Positions 50,340 through 63,325 of a stretch of DNA of 64,000 nt are shown here, in pieces. Under the pieces are notes generated by a model. The model had not been told where the DNA came from. It did not search any database and saw only the letters and a program-made list of their open reading frames with translations. The stretch spans positions 3,405,098 through 3,469,097 of the forward strand of contig JBNZDD010013718.1 in the NCBI GenBank assembly GCA_050575255.1. The letters are read 5' to 3'. This stretch comes from Harriotta raleighana. Lineage: Eukaryota. Numbering within the stretch: the stretch's first letter is position 1; every line of letters starts with the position of its first letter. A program made the translations under genes and the position numbers.

Positions 50340-52299
50340 CTTTGCATTATTATTATCATTGAATAAGCTATGCATTTGTGTAACATAAGCAAAACAAAAT
50401 GTGAACAATAATGAAGCAGAGGTTACAGCCAATATATCCAAAGTTTAATCGGTTCAATATTAGTGAGGATTTTCAAAAGCATATTTTACATATGTTGTTG
50501 CTTACTTTTTGGTATGGTCAATATAACTTTACAACAATATCTTATTTTTAAAGATATATTCAGGGTTCTGACATTATTATAATAGAGGATAGCTATACCT
50601 TCAGAAGGATTCAGCATTTATGATAAATAATTTGCCGTATATATGTTTACACCGATTTATAAACACAAAGTGAGTGACATAAAGTGACATAAAGTGACAT
50701 GGCAGGAAAATTCACTGTTATAATTCACTGTCATACATAGTCAACTTCTCTGAATCTTCCCCACATCCCCACCAACACCACTACCAGAATTGCCAGTTTT
50801 GAATGAAGAGAGTGCCCTCACACTGTGGAATGTTCTGTTCCTTTGATATCAGTTCCAGTGTTATTCTCGCTTTCTGAGTTTTCTGTTATGTTGTTAACAT
50901 GCCTCTCCCCATGTACCTGATACATACTTTATAGTTTCCTTCCTACCGCTGACTGACATATAAAAATCTATTTGAAAGATCATTACAAATTGTCTGTTAT
51001 TCTGAGTGGGGCGTCACTGTGTTTCAAATCACAGTAATTTTTTTTAACACTTGTTTAGTTATATCTATCAATAGATATGCTTAGTTGCCTTAATGTAACA
51101 ATAGATAAGTTATCGCATTGCATCAGTATTATTTTTGAATGTATCTTTCTAATCTTTCAAAACTCAGCTTTATTTGCATCTGAGTCTGATTTCAACTCCA
51201 CTGCTGGTCTATCCCAAAGCATGACCATTAGTGTCTGACGGTACCTAACCTGACCCAGTGATGCTTCATAGCACTATCAAATGCCTGCTGTAAAGCTGAA
51301 GTGATGTGGGAGTGTAGCAGCACTAATGAGTCACACCTCCAGCTGAGGTGAACCGCGAATCCCTGAAACAAGTTGAGATGTAAAAGAAACAATTCTACTG
51401 AAGGTGGTCATTTGATGAGCTGTGAATTTTAACCATCCCTTCCAGCAAAACTACAATTCGGTGTATATTCATGGAGAAATATCGTTCTAGGTTTTTGTTT
51501 GAGGGAATTCAGTGCAGAATGATTTAATTTACACATGGGTTTGGATATGCAGATGTTTCTGAAAGCAGCAATAATGATAATTCTTGATATCTATGTTTAT
51601 TTCAATGATCAATGATCAGACAAATGAAACTGATCAATTTATCCAGCTGGGAATAGGAAACATTATCAGACATTTAACTACTCACCTGTAATGTTATTTA
51701 AACGAACAAAATTAGTGCATATATTTGAGAGGCACCTTGAGGATAGATTAAGCACAATGAGAGTCCTGCAGTATGAGAACAAGATATTATACCATTTATT
51801 CTTGTAACCCTATCTATCTCTATCTGGCTATACAATGTGTTGGATTGAGATCTCTTTTCAGCTGCAGGGTGAGTAACAAGTGTAAAATTAGCTGAACTAT
51901 AATTCCAGAGGTTTTAAGCCAAATATTTAAGCAATCTGACAACAAAGGACTCCGATTTGTGAGCGCTTCATAGGGTCTATTTTGTGGTATTTCTCTGCAG
52001 GATGGCTCAATAAGGAATCTGAGTTACATGAATGGCGAGCCCCTAAAGCAGATCGCTTATCACTCTGAGCTGTGGGAGCTAAACTCCACATGATTGCTGT
52101 GTAAGTGCCATTCCCACGAGTCAAAGGGAATTCTTAATAAGAAATCCCAGTAAGAAACATCGCAAATTAGGCTGCATTAATATCTAATGGTGAGTATTGT
52201 TAAGCAATGTTAAAGGGAGATATAATTATCAAACAATTCTGTGTTCACAATAATATCTGAATCAGCAAGAGTTTATTTCAAATACACATTTGTATTTAT

Positions 52300-52412
52300 T
52301 CTTATACAAACATAAACTACAGTTGTTAAAATCTTAAACAATTATTATGTCCAAAGATAAANTCTTATACAAACATAAACTACAGTTGTTAAAATCTTAA
52401 ACAATTATTATG
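52300..52412. other. Assembly join: 50-bp duplication around single N at 52362
   Basis: 52300-52349 equals 52363-52412. Confidence 0.8.
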
Positions 52413-53784
52413 AGATAATTGAAATGGAAAATGTTCAGTTGCATAAGAGTATTGTTCATTACTTTGGTTATTGTAGAAGTTGTAGATGCCTGCAAACGCA
52501 CAGTTACTACACTTTGCAATAAATCCTATCAAATGCTTTGAGACATTTTGATGATGAGACACTGGATGTATCAAACATCATTATTATCATTATAATTAGT
52601 AATAGTACAGTATTTAAATTCTGAATTGTCTCACCTCATCTCCTGGTTTCATATGATAAGGATTACATAGAAGAAGTTAGTTTTCAAATACGCACTGCAG
52701 ATTCTTGGTCAGAGTCAAATATCAGTCATCTTACCTAGCTGCCTATTTTTGACTTTGTGGTTATATTTGTAATATTAGACATGTATCACATCCCAAAATA
52801 ATTCATTTTCATTTCATTTACATATTACAAAACGGTTCTATAATTACTCACTTGGAGGGGTATCAAACTGTAAGGCCAGCAAGTCATGTATGATTGATAA
52901 AGATGTGCAAACAACAATATTTACCACTGATCTGTAAGAGTTATGTGTGCATGTTTTCCAAAATAATTTATCACTGGCAGTAACTTAGCTTTCAATGGTA
53001 AGTTAGATGAAATTATGCTAATTTACAATCTTAATGACCACTAATGAGCCACTTAACCTTTGTTAACGAGTGTGGCTTTTAGCACTCAGGCAGTAAAAAG
53101 CAAAAAATAGCTCTTAAACTCAAAACTGCAAAATAAAAGGCACATTTCACAGAGAAATTACGGTACTTTATGAGTTCTAATCTTATATAATAAAAGAGGA
53201 CAGCCTTGAATTCAGCCAAATAATACCAATAACGTGTAGTATTAATCTACTAGCCTCTTTACATCATCTCATTGTATTATCATTAAAAACTCTGGATTAT
53301 ATGTATCTCCTGTTTCCTAGCCAATGAAAATAAGTTTCACTTTACAGGCTTCTCCTTTTGTGCTACCTCATTTCAAAGTCTTCAAAGTTCAGATTTCTTC
53401 CCCTAAAGACTGGTAACCAGTTAGCATTTCAGATTTAAATTAAAATACATAAAGCATGTCACAGGTTTTTCCTGTATCTGATTTAAGTTTCAGTTTCAGT
53501 ACATATGCACTGTTTTATCTCCTATGTTATTCCAGCGCCTTTGAACATCCTCCTGATGTGAAAGGAGCTATACAAATGTAATTTTGTTGTTGTAATTGTT
53601 CATATCCTTACATTATGTGTACAGAGTTGGTTCATCTTGTGGAAAGCAATCATAAGAACTGCTTTTAGGGTAGTTTCATGAAAACAGCAGTATAGTTTGA
53701 GGCCATTTCTTGTGGGATTGGTTAATAAGGAATCTGAGTGTCCTTCTGGTAATGTGACATACCTGAAAAAACGATAGTATATTG

Positions 53785-53960
53785 TTTATTTCAATCCATG
53801 ACTGTTTGTGCGACACTGCTGTGCAACATTGGCTCCCATTTTTCGTCCACATAAAAAAATACAGTCAATTCACTTTACAGTATATTCTGTGAAGCACTTT
53901 GAGACGTCCAGAAGACGTGAAAAGTTCTATATCAAATGCAAGGATTATTATTATTATTAT
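53785..53960 (+). mobile_element. Young SINE 3' half
   Basis: ATGACTGTTTGTGCGACACTGCTGTG...TCTGTGAAGCACTTTGAGACGTC...ATCAAATGCAAGG(ATT)n. Confidence 0.88.
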
Positions 53961-56106
53961 AGATTATCCAGATCAGTAGGAACCTCATTTCAAACCATAG
54001 ATGACATCAGAATGGAGTTCCCTCAATACATCATAACTTACTTCAACAGTCCATAGTAGGAAACACCATCAGCATATTTCATATTTGATTCCAAATATAA
54101 ATATGGTACTGTCTCTTTAAGAATATTCTGTAATACAATATATTACAAAGCTAGTAGTATTTTATGACTCCCAAATCTTCTATGATTGAAGCACGGTCAA
54201 TGTTGTTGTTGTTGTTGAATCAGTTTTGCATTTGTAAGTTTTGTATTTAAACAGGTTTGTGATATCCTGAAACAAGCATCCTTAAAGTCACTGGGAGTCA
54301 TTAAATCCAACTTTCAGTCTGATTCTCTGAAAGGAAATCCTTCCCTTAATAAATAGTGTTCTACACAACATACGATATTTCATTAAAGCTGTATTCAATA
54401 TTACGTGGACAAAGTGGAGGAACAGTAATTATCGTAAGTGTTAAATTACTGCAGTTGTAACATTGTGCAATCAGCAATAAATGTGTAGTAACACTATACA
54501 ACACAGGACAAACTTGGCAGCAGTTTGTTTACTCTGCGTTCCAAAGTAATTTGGTATTCAAGACACTATGATATAGATCTAACTCCACCACCTGCAGCTT
54601 TCCTTGCCAAAAGAAATAAAAGTAGGAAAGAAAGATGAAAATTAGGGAAGATGTGAAGAGAGAATGAAAATGGCAGTGCCTACAAAACAGTTTGAAAAAG
54701 AGGCAAACTGAATGAAATCTAGCCGGTTAAAGTTTTGTTTCTGAAAAAATGCTCGCATGTTAATCTACGAAGACTCCTTTCTTCTGATCGTAATTTCTAT
54801 TTAAATTTAATAAACAGGAATGTGCTTCAGATTGTTTACTTTCAAAAGCAAATGATACAACATAAACTGGTGAAACTGCAAAGAAAAATGGCAGCTTTTA
54901 ACGAGTTAATATTTACATCTCAAGGTATACATTCCTTGCATTCTGCACAGATAGGTAAAATCCCATCAAAGTCATAATACATATAGAAATGTGGAAACTC
55001 TGTTGTATGATTCTTCAAATCATGCCAAAATCTGGTTAATTTATCAGATATTTGAGATAAATTACATACCTTTCCCTCTGTGCACTTAACCCTTTCCCCG
55101 CATAAGCCTCTATTTAACCTTTAGAGCTTTTAACCTTCTAACCTTTTGAACAGCATTAACTTGAATCTGATCTTGCATTGCCTTTCTAACTGAGTAGTTA
55201 CCTTGCATGTGGTCTCTGGGGATAAACCTGAACGACAAATGAAAAGATCAATTTTATGGTCTCAGCAACAACAACAACAAAAAATCACATCTGGAAAACT
55301 AGAGGTCCTAACTTTGTGACATTTTCAGTTGTAGATTATTTTGCAACTCTGCAATTCTCAAGGAGTTCTGCTATTCCCAAAAAGTTTGCATTGACCTCTG
55401 ACCAACTGCACCTTCATGAATACGCGATGTATTGAATGGCTATTAACCATGTGAATATCTTGCTTCCAGGTCCATGTTTGTGTATGCAGGAAGTTCTGAA
55501 AATCCGGAAGCAAGAGCAAATTCCTCAGAAATCACATCTGCCTTAAATATCTTCTTGAATTCATAGTCATTGGATGCAGAAGGGCAGCTGAGAGATGTGT
55601 ATGAAATTCCAGTTTACTGAGGAAAGTATGGTGAATGAAAATGATTCAAATAAAAAATAATCCGTTTTTTTGTGGGGTAAGGAGAAGGACTCAATGTATT
55701 ATTTGAAAGGAAAAGTTTAATGACAGATATCAAGCTTGATGGATCTTTCCACCAACATTTGTGATCTAACATGTTACAGGAAATTCTACCAATGCACCAT
55801 TTTGGGGGAATTGCTGCCCAACTATTGTCATTTCCTTGCACTGCACTGGCAAATAGTTATATTGATTTGTTTTAAATGATAGTCCCCTTTCCAGGTCAAT
55901 AGTGATTCAGCCTTCTTTTAAATCTCTTACTAGATAAGAGAGCCTCCCATTTCTAGCATATGGATGGTTTCCAGTGTTATTTCCTGGTAATAACAACAAC
56001 AACAACTTTGATTTTGGATTGACTGCACTGTTGAAATTCCATCCACTTTCAGTTGCAGCAGGACAGCAGGAAAAGAGGGCGTAGGTTTTAGGCAATTTGA
56101 GGATGG

Positions 56107-56305
56107 ACATAGGAACATAGGCATAGGAGTAGGCCATTCAGCCCGTCAAGTCTGTTCCACCATTTAATCAGATCACAGATTATCTGTATCTTTATTAATC
56201 CTTTCAGTTCCAATTTCACGCTTTCTCCACATTTCTCTTAATACCACGACCTATCAAAAAATTATTAAGCTCACCCCTGAAGATGTGGATGGATCCAGCA
56301 TCCAG
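56107..56305 (-). mobile_element. CR1 LINE 3' end fragment
   Basis: ACATAGGAACATAGG..AGGAGTAGGCCATTCAGCCC..CAAGTCTGTTCC is the reverse of a typical CR1 3' terminus with short tandem tail repeats. Confidence 0.75.
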
Positions 56306-56899
56306 ACACCAGGAAATATTAATGATTAGAACAAATTATTCAGTAGAGTATTGCGGCATGGGCACAGGATTTGTAAAACAAGTGATGTTGCGATAGAAGG
56401 GTAGGAGGATGGGTAGTTTGGAAGGATGAGATCAAATGTGCTGGAGGGCCTTCTTCATCAGAACTTCTCAATACAATTTACATTTATATAGCATCTTTCA
56501 TTCTCGAAGAATGTTTCAAAGTGCTATGAAACATTGATTTTAGGTCTTGTCAACCTAACTTGATGGACAATGATTCTAAGACAATTATAAAAGTGTATAT
56601 GCATATGTGTACATATGTGTGTGTGTGTGTGTATACACCCATGTGTTGATACAAGTGTCTATATGAGCAAGGTTTACAGTGGGAATAACTCCAGGATCCT
56701 AGATTATATCTCTTGAAGAACCTGTATCTCTATCTCCTGGGTTTGCAACACAAATGAGATATTGCCTGAATTTGCTACAACATTCTGAAATAACCTTAAT
56801 ATGTTCAAAGGAAATGGCTAGAGAATTTTTTTTTAAATAGTGCTAGGATGCCTTGATAAGTTTACGGACAAGAATTTTTTTTAGATTTGACTTGTTTAA

Positions 56900-57056
56900 C
56901 TTCATTCTCTGCAGTCATAACCCCTCAACCACACACAGACAGTCTTTACTCAGTCCCCACTCGTCCAACTCAGGTTCTCAGTCAGTTGTGTGAAGTGCTT
57001 TGAGATGTCCAGCTGATGTGAAAGGCGCTAAATAAACACAAATTGTCAATGTTGTT
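56900..57056 (+). mobile_element. L2-type 3' tail fragment
   Basis: TGTGAAGTGCTTTGAGATGTCC..GATGTGAAAGGCGCTAAATAAA..(TTG)n. Confidence 0.55.
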
Positions 57057-58230
57057 GAAGCACTTGGGGGTTGCATTATTTCTGTTCGATCAGTAGGTAA
57101 AGCGTGGGCCATATATCCAGCAGAAAGAGCTCCTGCCCTTTATTAGTTAATATACCAAGAGCGTTTAGCTTACAAACCATTTTATTAAACAGCTGCTGAC
57201 ATAACTGAGAGACAAAGCTTAAACCCTGTAATCCTCCTCTGTAGGACTTTCTTTGCAACCAGTGACCCAATGGTTGTAACGGTTGCCACGTCGGCTTCTA
57301 TCTCAGGGAGTAGCCTGAGGTGGTAGTTCTTACAATACAAGATGACAATGCCCTGTAGCTTCAGATGTGAGTGATCTGTATATAACACCCAGACAGCTCA
57401 CACAAAGAATCTTTCTCTTTTGCTTTCAGAAGTCCAGAACTGCTTACCTCATAAACAGCTTATCATGCTCGCTGCAGTAGCTGCATTTAAAGTGACGTGA
57501 TGCTTCCAATTCGTTCTATCGCATGCTCAACTACTGCTATCAAAAAGTGCTAATTAACTCCTATGTGATTCATCTCGCTGGCTGTGTCGAAGCTTATTTC
57601 ACAGAACTATTCATTGAAAATCATGTCTGCACATGCACTGGATGTACCACGGAAACATAAATGGAATGGAATGGCGCTGTCGACAAACACAGGAGTTTAC
57701 GGGAAATGTACTTTTGTTAACGCTTCTTGCTCGTGAATCAATGGTAACATTGTTTCGTCCGGTAAGCGAGCATCCGTGGGTGTGACGTTTATCAAATTTG
57801 GTGTAAAGCCAAATTGCCAATCTCCTGCTTATGACTTTGACTGATTTGTTTGTTTTGAATACAAATGAAGAAGACAATGGTAGGATCAGGCCTATGCCTC
57901 TTCCGTGCTCGTCCAATTGTCAGCAAAGAAACAGCAGATTGCTGCTCCAGGGTTAGAGCGCATCATTATTTCACTTTGCTCAGGGTGCTGCCCAGTTACC
58001 TGACAGGAGCAACACTAAAATCCCACGCTGGTGATAATCACCTGCTAATTAGATACCATCTCACATCATGCACTAACAACATTTAGCGCTTTTGTAACAT
58101 TTACCGAACTCTATCCACAACTTCAGTTGATGGTAAAATAATGAGGTGACAGGCATCGTGATGTATTTACCTCCAAACATTTCACATCTTCACTCCCAGC
58201 CGGTCAGCACTCAGCTTTGCTTCCATCCTC

Positions 58231-58350
58231 TTTCATATATTTTGCCTGAGGACACTTAATAAGTAGAACATAGCCGTGAGGCAATGGGAGTTCTTGAGTA
58301 TTGTGTCCTGCATGCGAGTTGCCTTAATTAAAATGTTCTCACCTTACAGT
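58231..58350 (+). repeat. Diverged ~120-bp direct repeat, copy A
   Basis: Aligns to 59069-59184; two blocks of 48 and 47 nt with 9 mismatches each by hand count. Confidence 0.85.
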
Positions 58351-59068
58351 TTCCCACTGCAACTTCATACATGGCTGGCGATAAACTCACTAGGATCTGG
58401 TCAGACCTGTCTTGAAATACTTCCTGTTCTTTCTTTCTCACCTGCACAATTCTGAGAAACTGCCTACTTTATGTCACCAAAGAAGGCGGATTTCACCGGA
58501 TAATTTTTGGGGTGGAAAGAAAGCTTTACGTAAGGATTTGAAACATCAGAAGCAGCAAAAATAAGTCTTTACAGTTGCTAAAGTCCAAATCTTCAGGGCA
58601 CATTTCAAATTTTCAACCCCTTAAATTCTCAATTTCCTTCCCCCTCACTCCCCATCCCCCCCACCACCATGTCTATCTGCTGGTATAATCACTAACATCA
58701 ATGATGTATTGACTATCATGCTCTATATATAATCATTATTGATTATTAGTAACAGAAAAAGAAACAGCACTGGACAAAAAATCTTTCAATTCAAATCTGA
58801 GATTAAAATTCAAAAGTAAAATTAGCAACATGTCTTAAAATGTTCAATGTGATGCTCTTTTATTAGATTGAATGTGTTGTGAAGTGCCACTAACTCCACC
58901 CCTATAATTTACTTTCAATTGTATGACTTTGAAGTACACGATACAATGGGAATTTAAAAATTCTAAGTCAGTTTAACTTTTCTGCCGTTCAACTCCGGAC
59001 AACCATTTTGCTTGTTATGTTGAAACATGAAGAGGCCGCATGACATATTCACATAAGCAGCCTCACCT

Positions 59069-59184
59069 TTCCATACATTTTCCCTCAGGTCACCGAATAA
59101 GTGGAACGTAGCCGTGGGGGTATAAGGAAAGCTTGAGTGTCCTTCACACAACCTGCTTTAATTAAAATGTTCTCAACTTGCAGT
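59069..59184 (+). repeat. Diverged ~116-bp direct repeat, copy B
   Basis: Shares AATAAGTRGAACRTAGCCGTG and TTAATTAAAATGTTCTCA with 58231-58350. Confidence 0.85.
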
Positions 59185-60559
59185 GCAGGCCCGAATGTAG
59201 GTTAAAACAAAATCCTGGGCAAATTGCTGTTTGAAAATGTTTTTGTGCAACAGAATTTCTATTGATTAGCCTGCACTGATCAAATATTGGGTTAAAATAA
59301 ATCGTTTAAAACTATAGTGCGGAAGTTCATCTCCCTGCAGTGTTTCAAGCAATCTGAGACTTCATAAACTTTGTTGACAGCAAAAGCGCTTGTAAAAGAT
59401 GCAGTTTTCCATTGTTTATTTTCTCCCAGGACTCAGAGCACGTCATTTATTTGAAAATGACGAGCCAATGGATGTCAATGAGCAATTAATAATTGTTTTG
59501 AAATGCAGCCAGTGTAGATTGGCAAACATAATAATGCAACCTTAACTCATTAAGTTACCAATCCTTTCCTAAAACAAAACGCACGGCAGTATGAAAAGCT
59601 TTATCACCAGCAGCATCCAGGACATTATCATTAAATATTCCTGTTTCAGATTTGTTAACAGACAGGCTATTTTTAGCACTAGCACCTCAGTATGTATTTT
59701 GGCTGAGCTGATTCTTAATTTTAATGTTGGCATTTAATACAAACAAAAGAAAAAATGTAAGAATGATTTGATGGACATGTGCCAATATGACCACAGAACC
59801 TCCTATAAAACATTGGCAGTGAATCAGTAGATGCTCCTGGGAGCTTAAATCTGGAAGAAATACTCGACTATATTTATCAGGCCCCTTGTATTGTTTTATC
59901 TCTGCTAATTATACTGTAAAGAGGAATACACATTTCTAATTATCTAATGCAGCTTCTTTTCTAGAATTCTTTGAAGCTTTGTAAAAATTAATTCAGTGTT
60001 CAGTACAGTAAAGGGAAGGTATACATGGTAGTTGGTACAACACTGAATGTACATTCATAAGCAAGAAAGCTTTCAGAATATCTTCACTGAATGAATGTCT
60101 CAAAGCACTTCACAAAATATACACACAATGTGAATCGCCATGCATGAAACAGTCAAGACCATCACTGAAATAAGTCAGTAAAATTTGAAGATGAACAAGG
60201 ATCTACTCAATTCAGTAGAATTTTAATTGAACATGTATGTGCCAATGGAGAGTAGACTACAGTCTCAAATCTCTTAGTGCAGTTATGTTTTATTGTCCAG
60301 ATAATGCTGCACATGTGTAAACAGAAGAATAAAGGAGACAAGGTTGTGAATACAGATGGTAAATTCTACCTATACAACAGGTGTTCTGATAAACTCTGAT
60401 AGATTAAAACATTATAAACTGTAGAAGGAATAAAACTGTCGCCTTGATGTATGTTAACATAGTTCTCATTCCTTATTTACTGCCAATTTTTGCTATACTA
60501 ATTTTATTAATGGCCTACTACATGGAACTAAGATGTTATGAAGACTATTCATTCCCACA

Positions 60560-60693
60560 TAATGTGTGTGCAATTGGCTGCCCTATTTTGCCCCACAAAT
60601 ATACAGTCAATTCACTTTTCAGTATATTCTGTGAAGCGCTTTGAGAAGTTTAGAAAACATGAAAATGCTATATCAAATGCAAAGATTATTATT
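60560..60693 (+). mobile_element. Young SINE 3' half
   Basis: GTGTGCAATTGGCTGCC...CAAATATACAGTCAATTCACTTT...ATCAAATGCAAAG(ATT)n. Confidence 0.85.
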
Positions 60694-61496
60694 ACTGTAT
60701 AATAAATGAACTGAAGTCGATATCTAAAATTGTACATTAAGTGATTGTATATTGTCTATAAACGATAGTAAATGGGTTAACTAATGAGGTTTTTGGTGAA
60801 AAAAACACAAACTAAAAGAAGGATGATTCTTTTTCAAAGATGTATCTGGATTTCTGATGACATTCATCTTTGGAAAGTTTCCCATAACGCTGTGTGAATA
60901 TGTCACCATTAAGATTGAAGTAAGGATATGAATTGTTAATGAGCCTCATGGAAGGAATTGCCCTCTATTTGCTATGTTGGCTAATGCCACCATTGTTTTT
61001 GTTGATAAATACATAACTTTATGATATAGTTACCAGTGGTCTAAAGGGTCATTGTTCATTTAGTGTAGCACCAAATTATTTCATATCTGATTGTGCTTGA
61101 GGGTTGCCACGATAACAGTCAGTAGATGATTGGATCCACACATTCTTAACATGGGTGACCTACGACACACGGGACACAGAGGAATCAGTCATTAGGTGTA
61201 CAGTGCTCCTCTGTCTTCTCTTATCTTGCCAGATGACTTTGAGATTTCCATTCCCATTCTGTATTAGAGGCAGAGTCAGCTTGATAACAACAGTCCAGCT
61301 CAGGGCTCAGAAATGCTAACAGACACCAGGATATCTATGCCAGCTTTTTTTTTCCCCCCTAGAGAATGAATGGCATTACTTAAACATTGAGTGACCTCAG
61401 TAAATAAGATTAACCTCTACAGCTGTGAATTTCACTGACAGACATTGAGGTGGATGTATTTGACCACTACCAAAATGTTTCTCAGGCCTGAAGGGT

Positions 61497-61631
61497 TAAA
61501 TGCTCTAACTGGCACTCGGTACAGTATTAACAAGCATTACTTGTAAGCATTACACTATAGTGTAAGCATNTAAATGCTCTAACTGGCACTCGGTACAGTA
61601 TTAACAAGCATTACTTGTAAACTACACTATA
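61497..61631. other. Assembly join: duplication around single N at 61570
   Basis: 61497-61546 is repeated from 61571; the two copies then diverge. Confidence 0.8.
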
Positions 61632-62914
61632 GAGATTTATCAGCAATCTTCAGTCTGGGTTACACTGCACATTAACACAGTAACATTTCTGGGAATCAGT
61701 CCTGCAATATAGAGTTCATCAACTTCAAAAATGACCATTGCTTTTATAGGCAATAAAATGTAATTGAGACTGATGTCTCTACCACAAGCTTAGCCAATTA
61801 AGAAACTACTTATTGTCTGTTCACTCTGCGAAATATTGCTTGAAAGAGTTGTTAACAGAGAAACAAGTCATAGGTCCTAAAAGAGAAAAACAAATGGCTT
61901 ATAATCAGATTCATGTACACTCGGTGTATTTGTACATATACTAACAAAATAAGGAATAAATTGGCACTAAATCAAACTACAATGGAGTCAGGAGTCAGGA
62001 ATCCATGGTACGTGTCATGAAAATCTGCCATGAATACATGGATCACACGTGTATCATATGGGAGTGAATGCCATTTGTAGAGCAGACAAACACTGTTGAT
62101 ATAGAAGATACAAGCCATTCATTCAGCTGCTAGGCATGTCTGAGATGCCAGACAAATGAATATCTGCTACTTTTATCACCATCACAGCTTGTTCTGTTTT
62201 CAAATATCGGATTCCCCTCCAGTATGCTTTAGAACTTCCCAATGTTATGCCATTTATACATAAGGTTTGAAATTAGGATTGCATTAATCATACAGTAACA
62301 AATGTGAGCTTTCCTGATATGCATTGTACATGTAGATCTAACTGGATTATGGGTTACTGAAATGCTGTGTGTAGGTTTCAGCATGCATGTATTTCTAAAA
62401 ATGTGATTTTACCTCTGAATGTATATTGGCATATCAGATTCTTCCTCACACAATCAGATAGACAGAAACATGTTTAAACACTTAAATACACATATAATAT
62501 ACACAGTACAAGGAATATGAAAGCTGTGGCAAATGCTGGGCCAGTAATGTGAAGTAGCCTCACTGAAGAGATTAAATACATTCGATAGAGCTCTTTATGA
62601 GGGAATCTTGCAGGGTCTTTGGAAAGAATGAGTTCCATGAAATGAATGACCTAATTCCATATTTTCTTAATTATGATAGATTAAATTCAAGATTCAATGA
62701 TAATCAAAAACACATTAATAAATCAGAAAAAAGAGCAATAACAGGGAGAGAGAGAATTGAACAGGATATGACAAAAACAATCAAACATTAAAGCAAATGA
62801 TGTACTGTAAAACATAAACGATGTTTGGAAAAATAGAGACTGCTTTGCTATTTTAAATGTTATGAAGACACTGAACAAAATGAAAACATAGAAGCAAAAA
62901 ACAGAAGGGACATC

Positions 62915-63080
62915 AGGAGAAAATCCCTTCACTTTTCGAATAGTGCCACAGGATCCTTAATGTCCACCTGAACAAATAGATAGCACCTCGGTTATAATGT
63001 TTCACCCAAAGAACAGCAGCTTTGATAATGCAATGCTCCCCCAGCACTGTAATGGATGGTCAGCCTAGACTGTGAGTTAG
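62915..63080 (-). mobile_element. Old DeuSINE (SacSINE1/AmnSINE1-like) 5' body relic
   Basis: TTCGAATAGTGCCACAGGATCCTTAATGTCCACCTGA...CCTCGGTTATAATGT...GTCAGCCTAGA resembles the reverse DeuSINE consensus as I recall it. Confidence 0.7.
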
Positions 63081-63176
63081 AAAATAATGGGAAAAAATTA
63101 GAAAATGGAGAAATAATTGTTTCTTTACAGCTATCTCGATTATTTATTTACCTCTGGATACTTAGCATAACTCTTA

Positions 63177-63325
63177 CAATAATAATAATCCTTGCAGTTG
63201 ATATAGCACTTTTCACGTCTTCTAGACGTCTTAAAGTGCTTCACAGAATATACTGTAAAATTAGTTGACTGTATATTTGTAGGCCAAACTCAGCAGCCAA
63301 TTGCACACAGCAGTGTCCCACAAAT
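63177..63325 (-). mobile_element. Young SINE 3' half
   Basis: (AAT)nCCTTGCAGTTGATATAGCACTTTTCACGTCTTCTAGACGTC...CAGCAGTGTCCCACAAA. Confidence 0.88.

Noticed and set aside
57441-57515. Minus-strand peptide HFKCSYCSEH followed by donor GTAAGC
   Set aside because: Poor acceptor, upstream in-frame stop and incomplete zinc-finger spacing.
61550-61565. Perfect 16-bp palindrome TTACACTATAGTGTAA
   Set aside because: Sits at a contig end next to the N and is absent from the duplicate copy, so probably an artefact or a local allele.
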